Source of the DNA: Candidatus Buchananbacteria bacterium
GTDB lineage: Bacteria; Patescibacteriota; Patescibacteriia; Buchananbacterales; UBA6539
Reading direction: 5' to 3'
DNA: 55,184 nt
NCBI GenBank assembly: GCA_016930315.1
Contig: JAFGGX010000024.1
Span: 1 to 55,184 of the forward strand
Shown here: one piece after another, positions 55,072-55,184 of the stretch
How the letters are laid out: every line of letters starts with the position of its first letter
Position numbering within the stretch: the stretch's first letter is position 1
Position numbers and translations under genes: made by a program
The notes under the pieces: generated by a model
Seen by the model: only the letters and a program-made list of their open reading frames with translations
The model's database searches: none
Told to the model about the DNA's origin: nothing

Positions 55072-55121
55072 CCCCCAGGACTAACTGCGACACGTTGCAG
55101 TGGTTCTGGGGGCTTTTTTTA
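55072..55121 (+). terminator. intrinsic terminator
   Basis: cccccag (55072-55078) pairs with ctggggg (55106-55112), with an inner hairpin, followed by T7. Confidence 0.7.
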
Positions 55122-55184
55122 TTTACATTTTTTTAATCTTTTAAATTTCTGAATTTATTAATTAATTTTTTAATTATTTTAGCC

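Noticed and set aside
54496-55136. ORFs 54496..54750 (-) and 54636..55136 (+, Pro/Arg/Gln-rich) overlapping the HTH gene.
   Set aside because: Low-complexity translations of GC-rich DNA with no start signals. The HTH frame is the only one with a recognisable fold signature.
54487-55150. 8-bp direct repeat ttaaattt at both edges of the HTH block, considered as a target-site duplication.
   Set aside because: An 8-mer made only of A and T is expected by chance in the AT-rich flanks. The 38-bp repeat at uvrC is not comparable, since it is far too long to be chance.

Overview
This 55-kb chromosomal window comes from an AT-rich bacterium that uses the standard genetic code. Gene content and repeats look most like a Candidate Phyla Radiation / Patescibacteria (Parcubacteria-like) genome; that placement is inference, based on a 23S-IVS-type four-helix-bundle gene, many small orphan membrane proteins, GTCATTCC...GGAATGAC hairpin repeats, and core genes that mostly lack a Shine-Dalgarno.

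The backbone is housekeeping:
- gyrB, then secE-nusG-rplK-(membrane ORF)-rplA
- a dTTP-synthesis operon (comEB, P-loop kinase, dut, long thyX, tmk)
- gatB, miaA, thrS, dnaE, pheST
- a UvrD-type helicase-nuclease
- a complete F-type ATP synthase operon
- tatD, cvpA, metG, rpsU, rsmI, uvrC, uvrA

I found no rRNA, tRNA, CRISPR array, transposase, integrase or phage structural gene.

The most striking feature is compositional mosaicism. About a dozen short, visibly GC-rich blocks sit in the gaps between core genes. Most are complete stand-alone units: a consensus sigma70-type promoter, a strong Shine-Dalgarno, one ORF and an intrinsic terminator. They encode orphan secreted, membrane, Cys-rich or very basic mini-proteins, an HTH protein, a beta-carbonic-anhydrase-like protein, a pyrE-like/pyrF pair, and one roughly 240-nt structured RNA. 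One cassette is bracketed by a perfect 38-bp direct repeat that includes the uvrC start codon.

Other notable items:
- two paralogous structured RNA elements of about 157 nt with compensatory base changes
- a tandem array of four small acidic paralogs
- an inverted-repeat-flanked four-helix-bundle gene inside pheST
- a possible -1 frameshift site in the HTH gene
- a family of MITE-like hairpin repeats

All GC statements are by-eye judgements and need to be computed.
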